A stretch of 64,000 nucleotides of DNA, taken from positions 34,968,001 through 35,032,000 of the forward strand of contig NC_083236.1 of NCBI RefSeq assembly GCF_032191835.1, in the 5' to 3' direction. Every line of letters starts with the position of its first letter. The stretch's first letter is position 1. Positions 61,558-64,000 of the stretch are shown here, piece by piece. The stretch comes from Heteronotia binoei. Lineage: Eukaryota. Position numbers and translations under genes: made by a program. A model generated the notes under the pieces. It was not told the DNA's origin and made no database searches. It saw nothing but the letters and a program-made list of their open reading frames with translations.

Positions 61558-64000
61558 ATGTCAGATGTAAGGGTCCTAGGCCCCTGGGGGGCTTTGTAAG
61601 TAAGCAGTACTTTTTGGTATTTTCTGTATTAGTGTATATGTGTCTGTGTGTGTGTGCCTGGAAGTCATGGTGACTTGTGGCAACCCCTACTGGGGCATGG
61701 AGGACATTCCGAGAAGTGGCTTGATGCATCTGCCTCTGCCTCCCAGTCTTGGTATTCCAAGGAGGTCTCCCATCCAAATACTTGCCAGGGTCGGCCCTAC
61801 TTAGCTTCTGAGATCTGATGGAACTGAGCTTGCCTGGGCTATCAGGTTAGGGCAGTAACCAATCAGTACTTTGAATTGAACATGGAAAATAATCAGCAAT
61901 CAGTGAAGCAATTGCAAAGATCATGGGGGGGGGGGTGTGGAATCCCATCCATGTGGCTCTTGTGCATGCACAGAGATGGCTGAGTTTTGTATGTCTAGCA
62001 CAGAGCAATATTACTCCAATCATAATGAGAAAAGGTGGGGGGGGGGGAGAATGAATACCAGAGTTTGGACTGAGAAATACAGGCGTCCCAGAAGTGTGGT
62101 CTGAGCTTGTCAGGACTTGGGAGCTTATAAGGGTCAGTCATGGTCACTGCATGGATGGAAGTCCACCAAGGATGACCAAGTTTGCTATGCAGAGGAAGGC
62201 AATGTGAACGTCTCTTGCCTTGCCATGGTTACGGCTGCCATGAGTTGGTCATAACCCAACAGCACCTTTTTCTTTTGGCCCAAAGGGATTTTAAATAAGT
62301 TGGAAAGCTAGGAATGGCCTCTTTGGCATCCTATGCAAGCTGTAGGAATTGGTTAAATAAAAAAATAAAAGTCTAAATTGTGCCAGGGCAGTTTAAAAAA
62401 AAAGCAGCTGAAAAATTTCAGATTTTTGGTAGTAGCACTTAGAGGCAAATAAGCAGTCAATGTAACATTGAATAACTTCTGATAATTTTCTATACAAACT
62501 GAAACAATTACATTCAAACCAACAGGAAATTACAGACTACTTCTACAAATACTTGTGGCTTCTAGTGTTAGGAAACTTCTTTAATTTTTGAAGAATATAA
62601 AAAGGGGGTGGGGGTGGAGTTTAATTGGAAATAATTCTTTTTCTTGTTTGCTATGAAGGCTGGAAGTTTACTTTTTCCCTGTAAAGCTCTTCTGTCTTAT
62701 CAGGTGTTGGCAGATTCCCCTTTTCATGTTGTTTTTAAGGCTGGAGAAATGTGCTGTTGAGTAAAATGCCCCTTGGAGGCAACTGTTGCTGTTTTTGCCT
62801 TGGATGCCTAGTAATGCCAGCTTCAGAGGAGAAGGAGCAGACGGATCAGTTAAATTTATCGATGCCTTTTTAGAAATCTCTGGAATTCTGGTTCTGTCAG
62901 GGAAGACTTGCAAGCCAGACTCTTCCAATGAGTCAACCATTATAACAAACAACTCTCCTCAGCTTTCTCTGTCAAAAACATAGCTGGGTTTTGCCAAGTG
63001 AGTGAGAGAGGATAAAATGGAGTAGAAGAAAATGATATGGTAAGCTGCTTTGAGTCCTTGCTGGGGAGAAAAGTGTGTAAATATTTATTTATTAATATAT
63101 TAAAATATTTATACCATGCCTTTCCTTTTGACCCAAAGTTTGTTTTGTTTAAAGATAACTTGGTTTTGAGGTTGAAAGACTGGTAACCCTGAAGAATTTT
63201 TTTCAAGCACTATGCAGGTGTTCAAACGGCATACTGAGCATTAGAGTGGGATTGTGTTGTGTGGGGTGTTGGGGTTGTCTGCTGAGTTTTGAAGGACTGT
63301 GGCTCAATGGTAGAACATCTACTTGGCACGTAGAAGACCCAGGTTCAATCCATGGCATCACCTTTCTCCAGCTAGGCCTATTTATTGTTTCCTCCACCCA
63401 TCTTCACTGAGCAAGTTTTCCCTCCAAATCTCTGCCACCCGATCAGAGGGACAGAAGGGATCCTGGGAAATGTAGGCCCTGTAGCTGCTCTGATGCAGGC
63501 TTCCCCGGGCCTGTAGGCCTCACTAGGACTAGGATCATGACAGGAGCCAAGGCTAGGCTTCCCAACCTCCCCGCCCTGGCAGGGGACCTCCATATTTGCA
63601 GCCTCCACCCCCGCTCTCCAAAAATCCGGGGGCGGGGGAGAGAGAACATACATGTAGGCATCATGTAGTTGTAGAGCTCCTGATCTGTTTGTAAAATGCG
63701 TGTCTTTAAGGCTGTGCAGGAAACAGGAAACAGGAAGGGCTTCATTGGAAAGGGTCAGTAATAGTTTCCATGGAGAATGGCCCCTCCCTTTCTTTTGCTT
63801 TCGTTTTCACAGCAAGTAGAGTTCTGCAGGAAGAAGATCTAGTAAGTATTTGTGTGTGTGAAAGAGGGAGGGGGCAGGGGATTCCCTGGTTTGGAGGCCC
63901 TCCCCCCCTTTAGAAAGCATGGGGTGGGAGGGAAATGTCTAATTGAAATGTCTAATTGATCTGTGAGTATTGGGGGCTCTGGGGGGGCTATATTTTGAGG

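Overview
Vertebrate genomic DNA. The repeat content (Sauria-type, Squam-type and 5S-derived SINEs, BovB, abundant hAT MITEs) points to a squamate, most likely a gecko. Two protein-coding genes lie on the + strand. (1) A complete 10-coding-exon membrane dipeptidase (DPEP2-like; 7915-26344, 1317 nt CDS, 438 aa). All metal/catalytic residues and a C-terminal GPI-type signal are present, intron 2 needs a GC donor, and the protein has no N-glycosylation sequon. (2) The CpG-island promoter and first coding exon of SLC12A4/KCC1 (51742-51910); the rest of the window is its intron 1. This order matches the known vertebrate DPEP2-SLC12A4 synteny. Most remaining sequence is transposon-derived, often with readable target-site duplications and nested insertions. 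The strongest hunt result is an 888-bp, TSD-bounded, internally deleted RTE retroposon (41027-41914) whose 5' end folds like an HDV-type self-cleaving ribozyme. Penelope-type termini carrying minimal hammerhead ribozyme cores are also present (best copy 49584-49621, minus strand). Gene exons were assembled by eye from splice signals and remembered homolog sequences. Repeat boundaries without a stated TSD are approximate, and family names come from recall, not database searches.
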